IMG/VR virus record: IMGVR_UViG_2928510474_000005
Coordinates: 4,425 to 68,424 of that record
From: a virus
Lineage: Duplodnaviria > Caudoviricetes
Length of the DNA: 64,000 nucleotides
Direction: 5' to 3' (one strand)
In this document: one piece after another, positions 55,416 to 62,965 of the stretch
How positions within the stretch are numbered: position 1 is the stretch's first letter
Layout of the letters: each line of letters begins with the position of its first letter
The notes under the pieces: model-generated
Databases searched by the model: none
Told to the model about the DNA's origin: nothing
What the model saw: only the letters and a program-made list of their open reading frames with translations
Program-made: the position numbers and the translations under genes

Positions 55416-56144
55416 CTGTACGGTATTATCTACCAAGCCGTCAACAGAATTAACGGACTTTCGTATATCGGACTTACTAAGCGTTGTTTAAATACTCGTC
55501 GGGTCGGACATCTCTACGCAACTTTCTCGAAGAACTCGGAACTATACTTTCATCGCGCAATACGGAAGTACGGAGCGGACGCCTTCGAATGGACGGAAAT
55601 TGATCGCGCTGATTCACTTGAAGAATTAAACCGTTTGGAATCGCATCATATTAAACGCCTCGGAACTTACGGTAGTAACGGATACAATTTAACACTCGGA
55701 GGCGATGGTACTTCAGTCGTCGCAATGCCCCGCATAACTAGAGAACGGATGGCTCGCTCAAAAGGCGGCCGTCCCTTTTTGGTTTTCGATTTATCCGGCA
55801 ACTATGTATCGTCCGAAACAATACAGAATGAATTCGCCGTCGCCAACGATATTTCGGTTACAAACGTCGGTAGCGTTCTTCACGGGCGCAAGAACTCAAT
55901 CGGCGGCTTCATTCTCTTTTTCGTGGCCGAGTTTTCTTTTCCGGCTTTACAGACGAAGTTATCACGCGTCCGTAACGTATGGGAATTCGATGTACATTGC
56001 GTATCCTCGGGTGAATTAATCGGCACATGGGCAAATCAAACGCATTGCGCGGACGAAATCGGAATACCTCGCGACGGAATCGGAAGGTGTCTGACCGGTC
56101 GCCAAAAAGCAACACAAGGCTACGCATTTAACTACGTAGCATAA
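55416..56144 (+). CDS. GIY-YIG homing endonuclease with NUMOD-like repeats, probable CTG start
   Basis: YGIIYQAVNRINGLSYIGLT, FHRAIRKYG, GYNLTLGG. SD GGAGG at 55403-07, CTG at 55416 (track start TTG 55401). Confidence 0.9.
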   Translation: MYGIIYQAVNRINGLSYIGLTKRCLNTRRVGHLYATFSKNSELYFHRAIRKYGADAFEWTEIDRADSLEELNRLESHHIKRLGTYGSNGYNLTLGGDGTSVVAMPRITRERMARSKGGRPFLVFDLSGNYVSSETIQNEFAVANDISVTNVGSVLHGRKNSIGGFILFFVAEFSFPALQTKLSRVRNVWEFDVHCVSSGELIGTWANQTHCADEIGIPRDGIGRCLTGRQKATQGYAFNYVA

Positions 56145-56163
56145 ACGCAATAAATACGAAGGA

Positions 56164-56793
56164 GTGAGCGCATTGAATCAGAATCCATACTTAAAAACGG
56201 ATTGGTCGGACCACATCATCGACCCCACGCAATACGAAAAAGACGCAAATGGCGCCGTAGTCATCGACCCGCTAACCGGCAAGCCGAAGCCTTACGTTAT
56301 CCAGGAGGGTACGCGCTTCACAGCCGGTCGCGCCAATAACATCGAGGACGGCATTTACGGCGCATACGGCTGGCTCGTCCAGTATTACGAAGAAATCGCA
56401 AAGCTGCGCGTGCAACTCGAAATGGTCGGGCGCGTGCCGATTAATAACGGGACATTCTTCGATACGCTCGACAACGATACTCCGAAGCAGCTGACGCGAT
56501 TACGTAGCGCGGCGGTGGCGCAAACGGCGCTTACGGTAGGCGCGACGGAGATTACGCTTGATTCGACGCCATTTACGGTCGGGCAGTATGTTACCGTGTT
56601 TGACGATGCTAATCAGGAATCGGTTAAGGTTACGGCGATAGTAGGCGGTAAGATAACGGTTGGGGCGCTGGCGAAGGCGTATAAGAAAGGCGCGGTCGTG
56701 GCGTTATCGAACGCGGAACTAGGCTTGGCAAGACAGCGGATATTATTCGGCAATTGGGGTACTTATTCCATTGCAGTTAGCGAGGCGGTTTAA
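56164..56793 (+). CDS. Second tail fibre / adaptor subunit
   Basis: N-terminus PYLKTDWSDHI...QEGTRFTAGRANNIEDGI resembles the tailspike anchor. Confidence 0.7.
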   Translation: MSALNQNPYLKTDWSDHIIDPTQYEKDANGAVVIDPLTGKPKPYVIQEGTRFTAGRANNIEDGIYGAYGWLVQYYEEIAKLRVQLEMVGRVPINNGTFFDTLDNDTPKQLTRLRSAAVAQTALTVGATEITLDSTPFTVGQYVTVFDDANQESVKVTAIVGGKITVGALAKAYKKGAVVALSNAELGLARQRILFGNWGTYSIAVSEAV

Positions 56794-56795
56794 AG

Positions 56796-58199
56796 ATGGT
56801 TAAGTATTATTATGATAAATACAATTCAACGCCCATAATCCGTTACAATGACGACTCGACTTTTGCTGGTACAGGCCTAAAAAATATGTATTTTACTGAC
56901 ATGGCAAAAACGTACCTCTTCAATCCTATCCTAAACAGTTACAGTATTGGTTCGGATTTGTGGCAACGAAACGAATCGATAGCTAAGGGCGCTTTCGGAT
57001 ATTCTGTCGACCAACATGGGCAACTATCGAGGGGTGATGCAGAGAAAAGCGGCACTGTATCTATCACAGTAAGTGCGTATTCATCTTATAAGACACCCGT
57101 TTCTAATACGTCGTTCATAAATGGTTATAATCAAGGAACTTTAGTGCAAAGTAATATCTCAGCGGAAAACGGAACCTACCCGACAGACGGAAGACACACC
57201 GACGACTATTGGTACGTCCGCGGCGCACTTACTAACGTAGCGCCAACGATTTCACTAAGCACATCGGACAATCGCACGCTATACGAAAACGACTCGTTCG
57301 GCATTTCCGGTTCAGCAACGGATTCCGACAGCGGTAACGTAGTCAGCGTTAAGTATCAACTAAACGGCGGCACGGAGCGCGCTATCGTTTCCGGCATTAG
57401 TACTGGCGCATCAATTCCGTTTAACCGCGCGCTTACGTTTAAAGGCGGAATGCTTTTCGACGGATCAAACGCAGTCACACCGGCTTTAGTGGAAGGTACA
57501 ACGCATTCACTCCGAGTTTGGGCGGAAGACGATAAAGGCGGAAAGTCAGCGGCACAAACTCGACTGTTTACCGTAGTCGCTAACCGACCTGCGGCGCTAA
57601 CTATCGAACCTTTCGTCACTGCCGGCAACCTAATCGACTCCGACACCATGACGATTAAAGGTAGCGTAGCAGACCCGGAAGGCAATGCGGTAATAGTCCG
57701 ATACAAAATCGGCAGCGGCTCATATATCGAGATACTCAACGGAGTCGGCGGCCCGTTTTCGATACCGATTAAGTTATCTGCACTGAAAGCTGGCGCGAAT
57801 GCAGTAACGATACAGGCGACCGATAGCTACGGAGCAGTATCGAGCAAGACGTTAAACGTTGTGAAGTCGGGAAATGTACTACCGCTAAAAACGTCGGTCA
57901 CGCGATATAAAATCAACCCTCCGAATGGCTCGGCGAAAGGCGTCCTGTTATGGATCGAGCGCGAAGTCGGCGACCTAATCGTTGACGTAGAAATCTCGGC
58001 GACTATGGCTGGCGAAGCGGAATCGTTTGTGCCGATGACTAAAACGAGCACGGCGTTTGTTATCGACGGTATCGAGGAAGACGAGTTCACGCATGACGCA
58101 GTAACGCCGAAGGAAAACATCGTAATTAAACTAACGATGACACGCGCAAGCACGGCAACAAATAACGGAATTAAATTAATCTCGGGGGTGTTATCATGA
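56796..58199 (+). CDS. Tail fibre protein with Ig-like repeats
   Basis: NVAPTISL...SGSATDSDSG...LRVWAEDDKG; NRPAALT...GSVADPEGN...IQATDSYG. Confidence 0.75.
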   Translation: MVKYYYDKYNSTPIIRYNDDSTFAGTGLKNMYFTDMAKTYLFNPILNSYSIGSDLWQRNESIAKGAFGYSVDQHGQLSRGDAEKSGTVSITVSAYSSYKTPVSNTSFINGYNQGTLVQSNISAENGTYPTDGRHTDDYWYVRGALTNVAPTISLSTSDNRTLYENDSFGISGSATDSDSGNVVSVKYQLNGGTERAIVSGISTGASIPFNRALTFKGGMLFDGSNAVTPALVEGTTHSLRVWAEDDKGGKSAAQTRLFTVVANRPAALTIEPFVTAGNLIDSDTMTIKGSVADPEGNAVIVRYKIGSGSYIEILNGVGGPFSIPIKLSALKAGANAVTIQATDSYGAVSSKTLNVVKSGNVLPLKTSVTRYKINPPNGSAKGVLLWIEREVGDLIVDVEISATMAGEAESFVPMTKTSTAFVIDGIEEDEFTHDAVTPKENIVIKLTMTRASTATNNGIKLISGVLS

Positions 58200-58414
58200 C
58201 GGCTATTCTACGACGCAAGCGCCTGCCGGACGGAACCTTCGGCGAACTCGAAAAGGTGTTCGAAGGCGAAACGGCGGACGAAGTTATCGCTCGCCTTGAA
58301 AACGATAACGCGGCGCTCGTACTCGAATCTATCGCGAAGGAAATGCGCCTTGCTGACGTTGAACAAGCGCAGGCATCGCTATTACTGCAACTAATCGAAA
58401 AGGGGGCGCTATAA
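58196..58414 (+). CDS. XkdW-like fibre-associated small protein
   Basis: Position before the XkdX-like gene; LENDNAALVL. Confidence 0.6.
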   Translation: MTAILRRKRLPDGTFGELEKVFEGETADEVIARLENDNAALVLESIAKEMRLADVEQAQASLLLQLIEKGAL

Positions 58415-58554
58415 TGGACGATTTCTACTTCCGCGCAGCAAGCAATTATTACCCGCGATTTTACACGAAGGATAACGTTAAGACTTTCGTACTCGCCGGC
58501 AAGATTACGGAAGCGCAATACAAGACGATTACCGGCGATAAATACGTCGCGTAA
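58414..58554 (+). CDS. xkdX: XkdX-family protein (not in ORF track)
   Basis: YTKDNVKTFVLAGKITEAQYKTITGDKY. Confidence 0.85.
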   Translation: MDDFYFRAASNYYPRFYTKDNVKTFVLAGKITEAQYKTITGDKYVA

Positions 58555-58573
58555 CCGAAAGGAGGCACGTATT

Positions 58574-58987
58574 ATGCTACGAAATTACAACGAACACGAC
58601 TACATCGCCCGCGTGTCGCTAATATGCAACGCGCTATATCTCGTAATAACTGGCGGCTTTCTGCTGACGCTCGATAGCATCGCGTATTCAACTCCGACTT
58701 ACGACTTAATGTCGAACGTCCTATCGCTGGGCGCATTCGGCGTTCTGTTTATCGTTGCCGGCTTGCTAATCGGACTCGCAGCGTTACAGGAGGGCACGCG
58801 TCGCTCATGGTCGCTATTAATCGGCGGACTGCTCGGCGCGCTTATGCTCGGCTTATATACGATGGCATCATTCGAAGGCTCGCTGAACGATATGTTACCG
58901 CTACGATACGCAGTCGTCACGGGATTTAACGTCATTATCGCGGGCGTAGGAGGAATCGGCTTATGGATCAACAAGCGCCGTACGTAA
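58574..58987 (+). CDS. Multi-TM membrane protein (lysis cassette)
   Basis: Four hydrophobic segments; SD AAAGGAGG. Confidence 0.7.
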   Translation: MLRNYNEHDYIARVSLICNALYLVITGGFLLTLDSIAYSTPTYDLMSNVLSLGAFGVLFIVAGLLIGLAALQEGTRRSWSLLIGGLLGALMLGLYTMASFEGSLNDMLPLRYAVVTGFNVIIAGVGGIGLWINKRRT

Positions 58988-59361
58988 CGCGGCTCGAATT
59001 AATAGAATCGCAGCACCGGCTGAAAGAAGACGTATCGAAGCGCATCGACGTCGTAGACGAAAAGGTCGACACCCTTCGCGACTTAGTGTTACCGATGGGC
59101 GAATCGTTGAAACAGACGGCGGAGAACACGCGCAAGATGGCGGAATCGATGGATCGCTTTACCGAAGCGCAGCGCGGCACAAACGGTCGCATCTACGAGA
59201 AGATGAACGGACACGACGTCGAGTTCGCGCGGCTTAACGTTATTGCCGGCTCGCAAACTGAGAATAAGAAAACGAACGCAAAAGTACTCGTGGCGGTAAT
59301 TGGTGGAATCGTTACGATTATAACAGGGCTATTTGCGCTGGCTCCGTATCTATTTAACTAA
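58963..59361 (+). CDS. XhlA-like / coiled-coil protein with C-terminal TM
   Basis: Coiled coil then VLVAVIGGIVTIITGLF; precedes holin and endolysin. Confidence 0.7.
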   Translation: MDQQAPYVTRLELIESQHRLKEDVSKRIDVVDEKVDTLRDLVLPMGESLKQTAENTRKMAESMDRFTEAQRGTNGRIYEKMNGHDVEFARLNVIAGSQTENKKTNAKVLVAVIGGIVTIITGLFALAPYLFN

Positions 59362-59380
59362 ACGAAAGGTGGGCGTAATA

Positions 59381-59620
59381 ATGACGAAAGATATTGTAAT
59401 TCTAGTAACCGGCTTCTTAACGGCGGTCCTTCTATTTCTCGGAACAATCAACGTATATTTCGAGTGGTTTACGACAGACTCGATTAACGCATTCGGCGTG
59501 CTTCTTGGCGCAGGCATCGCATTAGCAGGCGCGCTGTATGCCGTCTATAAAAATACGTATGCCGTGACGAAGAAGGCGCGCAAGCAAGCGGAGGAACTCG
59601 AACGCAAGGGGCTGAAATAA
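59381..59620 (+). CDS. Holin
   Basis: Two TM segments, YAVYKNTY, basic C-tail; directly before the amidase. Confidence 0.8.
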   Translation: MTKDIVILVTGFLTAVLLFLGTINVYFEWFTTDSINAFGVLLGAGIALAGALYAVYKNTYAVTKKARKQAEELERKGLK

Positions 59621-60321
59621 TGGCGTATGAACTCGTTAATCGGCTAATACCTCCGTCGCTATATTCGTTGAAAGCGCCATACGCAATGACGCCGGAATAT
59701 ATCACGATTCACAATACGTATAACGACGCCACGGCAGCGAATGAAATCGCCTATATGACGCGCAATACGGCAGCTACGTCCTATCACGTCGCTATCGACG
59801 ACAAGCAGGCGATACAGGCGGTTCCGTTCGGGCGCAACGCTTGGCACGCAGGCGACGGGCAGGGCGCGGGCAATCGGAAGTCTATCGGCATTGAAATCTG
59901 CTACAGCAAATCCGGCGGCAAGCGCTATTACGATGCCGAGGACAATGCAGTTATTTACGTGGCGCACGTCCTTAAACAATATGGATGGGGCGTCGATAGG
60001 ATTCGCTGGCATCGCGATTGGAGCGGTAAGCTGTGCCCACACCGCATGATCGCGGAAGGTCGGCTGGACTCATTTAAAGAGCGGGTGCAAGCGGAATTAT
60101 CCGGTAAGCCCGGCAGCAATCCCGTAGCTAAATCGGAAGGAGGCGCGCGCATGTTTAAGCCTACATCGGCGACACTCAACGATGCTTATGCAAAATTCCT
60201 GCAAGACGCGATTGCCGGCGGACATCTTAACGCTAAGTGGCTCGCGGATTTCAAAGCGGGCAAACTATCGCTAGACGACGCATTGGCGTTATTTGTAATC
60301 GAATCACAACGTAAGAAATAA
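59620..60321 (+). CDS. Endolysin, N-acetylmuramoyl-L-alanine amidase (Amidase_2, XlyA/CwlA-like)
   Basis: YITIHNTYND, SYHVAID, AWHAGDG, SIGIEIC, HRDWSGKLCP. Confidence 0.95.
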   Translation: MAYELVNRLIPPSLYSLKAPYAMTPEYITIHNTYNDATAANEIAYMTRNTAATSYHVAIDDKQAIQAVPFGRNAWHAGDGQGAGNRKSIGIEICYSKSGGKRYYDAEDNAVIYVAHVLKQYGWGVDRIRWHRDWSGKLCPHRMIAEGRLDSFKERVQAELSGKPGSNPVAKSEGGARMFKPTSATLNDAYAKFLQDAIAGGHLNAKWLADFKAGKLSLDDALALFVIESQRKK

Positions 60322-60323
60322 GT

Positions 60324-60369
60324 AAAGGCGACCTATCTGCGTAATTGCGGACGGGTCGCCTTTTCTTTT
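60324..60369. terminator. Intrinsic terminator after the endolysin
   Basis: AAAGGCGACC...GGTCGCCTTTT stem. Confidence 0.85.
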
Positions 60370-60371
60370 GC

Positions 60372-60400
60372 TTTACATACGAACGCGCATTCGATATACT
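60372..60400 (+). promoter_or_regulatory. SigmaA promoter with a LexA/DinR box in the spacer
   Basis: TTTACA(60372)-17-TATACT(60395); CGAACGCGCATTCG at 60380-93, one mismatch to CGAAC-N4-GTTCG. Confidence 0.78.
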
Positions 60401-60422
60401 AATTCGAAAGGAGGGAACGAAT

Positions 60423-60764
60423 GTGCGTAATCATGATATTAAAGATCGCGGAATAATGAAGTGGCAAGGTTTGATGTTAACGGACCACGTTAAGTTAATC
60501 CGCAAGCAAGGAGAAGAAATTAACTACATACAACAGACGCTTCTCGACGATTGGGAGCTGCAGCAAATTCAGGAGGAATTAGAAATCGCATATAAACGGC
60601 AATGTGCAGCACAGGTTACCGTTTGGCGAAAAGGCGAGCATATAACGTACATTGGAAAAATATCGGAACTCAATTACCGACTTAGCTTCTTATCAGTCGA
60701 AGGACCATTCGGACACGACCGAATTCCCGTTGCAGATATAATAAAGGTACATTGCGTAGACTAA
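60423..60764 (+). CDS. yolD: YolD-like protein
   Basis: DRGIMKWQGLMLTDH...LDDWELQQI; GTG at 60423 after SD AAAGGAGG. Confidence 0.85.
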   Translation: MRNHDIKDRGIMKWQGLMLTDHVKLIRKQGEEINYIQQTLLDDWELQQIQEELEIAYKRQCAAQVTVWRKGEHITYIGKISELNYRLSFLSVEGPFGHDRIPVADIIKVHCVD

Positions 60765-60802
60765 AGGCGACCACTTCCGTAATTGGAGGCGGTCGCCTTT
60801 TT
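60763..60802. terminator. Bidirectional terminator, near-copy of 60324-60369
   Basis: AAAGGCGACC...CGTAATTG...GGTCGCCTTTTT. Confidence 0.85.
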
Positions 60803-60806
60803 GTGT

Positions 60807-61460
60807 TTACTTATCGCGCCAATTTTTAACGATGAAATCCGTCGCAGCATCGGCAACCTTCGCCGTAACCTCGCGCACCTCGTCGATCATAAGCGATAGT
60901 AGTGAAACCCACGTATACTCTTCGCCATACGGATTATCGGCGTTTACATAGCGTAGTATCTTCTTCAATTCGCGCACCCGTTCAGCGTCGAGATTAGCTT
61001 CGAGGTATTTCCGAACGAACTCGTTGATAAAGTCGCCGTCGCGCACGCTGGCGTCGAGCAGTAGAGCACACGTCCGCGATACCGTGCAGTCGAGCGCGTA
61101 GGCAATGGCGCTGATAGTATCGTATGTTTCCGACTTGAAGCGGATGGTTATGCGCGCAGTCTGGCCTGCTAAAGCGCGGCGACTTATCGGCATGCAATTC
61201 GGATTACTTCTATAAATCGTATTCATATTCGTATTCGTAAACCGGATGTCTCGCCGAAAGTATTGCGAAAGATGCCCGATAACTTTCGGCGTGTGAATAC
61301 CGTTAATGCAGACTGCTTCGGCAACGTCCTTAACGGGCGTATCCGTAATATAGGCGAGCCTGTAAATGCATTCGCGTAATTCGTGTGGCACCGTCGGCTT
61401 AATGTCGCGCTTGCGGTCGCTGCGAACCTTTCGTTGCTTACTTGCTCCCCCACTGCCCAA
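60807..61460 (-). CDS. Putative DNA-binding protein with two RHH-like units
   Basis: RDIKPTVPHELRECIYRLAYITDTPVKDVAE and ITIRFKSETYDTISAIAYALDCTVSRTC. Confidence 0.65.
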   Translation of the reverse strand: MGSGGASKQRKVRSDRKRDIKPTVPHELRECIYRLAYITDTPVKDVAEAVCINGIHTPKVIGHLSQYFRRDIRFTNTNMNTIYRSNPNCMPISRRALAGQTARITIRFKSETYDTISAIAYALDCTVSRTCALLLDASVRDGDFINEFVRKYLEANLDAERVRELKKILRYVNADNPYGEEYTWVSLLSLMIDEVREVTAKVADAATDFIVKNWRDK

Positions 61461-61560
61461 TCCCCCACCGTCCTATTCGCAGTTTATGCCGGGGACACTA
61501 GCGTGCTGTCCCTAGTCTTACTACTGTATGGTGCGGCAGGGTCGTCCTATTCCAACGTTA

Positions 61561-61659
61561 TTACTTCGTCGACTTCGGCTTCTTTTTAACGGGAATACCG
61601 TACTTCTTCGAATTCGTGCGCAATTTATCCGCGAGCTCTTTCGCCTTATCCTTTGCCAA
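61561..61659 (-). CDS. 32-aa basic peptide (not in ORF track)
   Basis: TTG start; MAKDKAKELADKLRTNSKKYGIPVKKKPKSTK; weak SD AAGTGAG. Confidence 0.45.
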   Translation of the reverse strand: MAKDKAKELADKLRTNSKKYGIPVKKKPKSTK

Positions 61660-61742
61660 TGTGCGTCTCACTTCACTTTCGTTTAATTTACGTTAGCTTG
61701 CGCATATCCTCCGAATCTTAAACGTAGGATGTATTACTAGAA

Positions 61743-61801
61743 CATTGCAGGCGCATTGCAGACGGAGCCTATACGTAGCTAAAGCATTGCCCGCGCATTG
61801 C
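61743..61801 (+). repeat. Four phased CATTGC repeats (candidate parC/operator)
   Basis: CATTGC at 61743, 61754, 61785 and 61796 (11-bp pairs, 42 bp apart), just upstream of the parM SD. Confidence 0.6.
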
Positions 61802-61819
61802 AAAATAGGAGGGATTCGG

Positions 61820-62695
61820 ATGGGTAAAGAAACGAACACGCTGGTACTCGGAATTGACGCGGGGAATTATCGCGCAAAGGTGGCGGGACCTTACGGGGTG
61901 GATTCGTATCGCACGGCTATATGCGATTGGTTCGAACGCGACATCGTAGAGGATTTCGGCAAAGGTGACGATATGGAATTCGCGCTAAAGGGTCGCAGAG
62001 GTTTTGCGGGCACACTCGCAAGTTACGAGGATCAATACGGCGGAGGCGCAATGTACGGCGAATCGAAGGCGCATGAGGATACGTTGATTCGCGTCTTGCT
62101 CGCAATCAACCGTTATCGTGCGCTCTATTGTCCGGGATTCAGCCGATTCAAGATAGTCGCAGGCCAGCCGATTATATCGCACAGCGTCGACGAGAAAACG
62201 AAACTAGCGGACTTACTTCGCGGCGAGCACGTAATAACTGTCAACGGCGTTCGGCAACGGATTACTATAGAAGAAGTCGGCATCGCAGCGGAAGGTACCG
62301 GCGCATTTATGAGTCAGCCGCAAGTTGGTGTGGTTCGTATTATCGACGTAGGTAGCGGTACAGTAAATTGCGCCACGGTCGCAGATAAGCGCCACATCAA
62401 TAACGCAAGCAAGACGTTTAACTACGGAGTTGAAACGTCTGGTGGACGCGATAACATCGACGGAATCGCACGCGGAATAATTCGGTCGACTACGCAGCTT
62501 AAATGGAAACGAACGGATAAAGTTTTCGTATGTGGTGGAGTTACCGAGGAATTGCTGCCGTTGCTCGCCGAACATTATCCGTCTGCGCAAGCGATCATTC
62601 CGCAGCTAAATGCGCTCGACGGTGTCCATCAGCATCTACCGACATTCGCCAACGCAATCGGCTTTTATGAAATCGCAAGGCTGACGTATGGATGA
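61820..62695 (+). CDS. parM: ParM/StbA-family actin-like ATPase
   Basis: Phosphate-1 VLGIDAGN, connect AEGTGA, phosphate-2 IIDVGSGTVN, VFVCGG, FANAIGF; ATG at 61820. Confidence 0.88.
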   Translation: MGKETNTLVLGIDAGNYRAKVAGPYGVDSYRTAICDWFERDIVEDFGKGDDMEFALKGRRGFAGTLASYEDQYGGGAMYGESKAHEDTLIRVLLAINRYRALYCPGFSRFKIVAGQPIISHSVDEKTKLADLLRGEHVITVNGVRQRITIEEVGIAAEGTGAFMSQPQVGVVRIIDVGSGTVNCATVADKRHINNASKTFNYGVETSGGRDNIDGIARGIIRSTTQLKWKRTDKVFVCGGVTEELLPLLAEHYPSAQAIIPQLNALDGVHQHLPTFANAIGFYEIARLTYG

Positions 62696-62922
62696 AAGAC
62701 CGGACAAACAAAACGATATCCTTCGCCCATTACGACGCTTATGAACTCGACTTGATGACGTATGCGCTCGACCCGGCGCGGGGGAAGTTTGGCCCGTATA
62801 TTAAACGACTAATAGAACGCGACCGTGACGGAGGGCAGGCGCAGGTAGTGGCGGACATACCGAAGCCGGCGGCGGGCGGGGGTACTAAAGCGGATAAAGC
62901 GTCGGTCGCCGGGTTTCTGTGA
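62692..62922 (+). CDS. ParR-like adaptor (RHH N-terminus, flexible C-tail)
   Basis: Coupled downstream of parM; strand-helix-helix pattern, Gly/Ala/Pro linker, terminal KASVAGFL. Confidence 0.62.
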   Translation: MKDRTNKTISFAHYDAYELDLMTYALDPARGKFGPYIKRLIERDRDGGQAQVVADIPKPAAGGGTKADKASVAGFL

Positions 62923-62965
62923 CGACAAAAACGGTCAATCCCGAAGGAAAGACCGCTGCAGCTTA

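Noticed and set aside
2226-60415. Recurrent ACGAAAGG(A/G)G motif before many genes as a novel regulatory element
   Set aside because: Explained as an extended Shine-Dalgarno complementary to the Bacillota 16S 3' end (AGAAAGGAGG).
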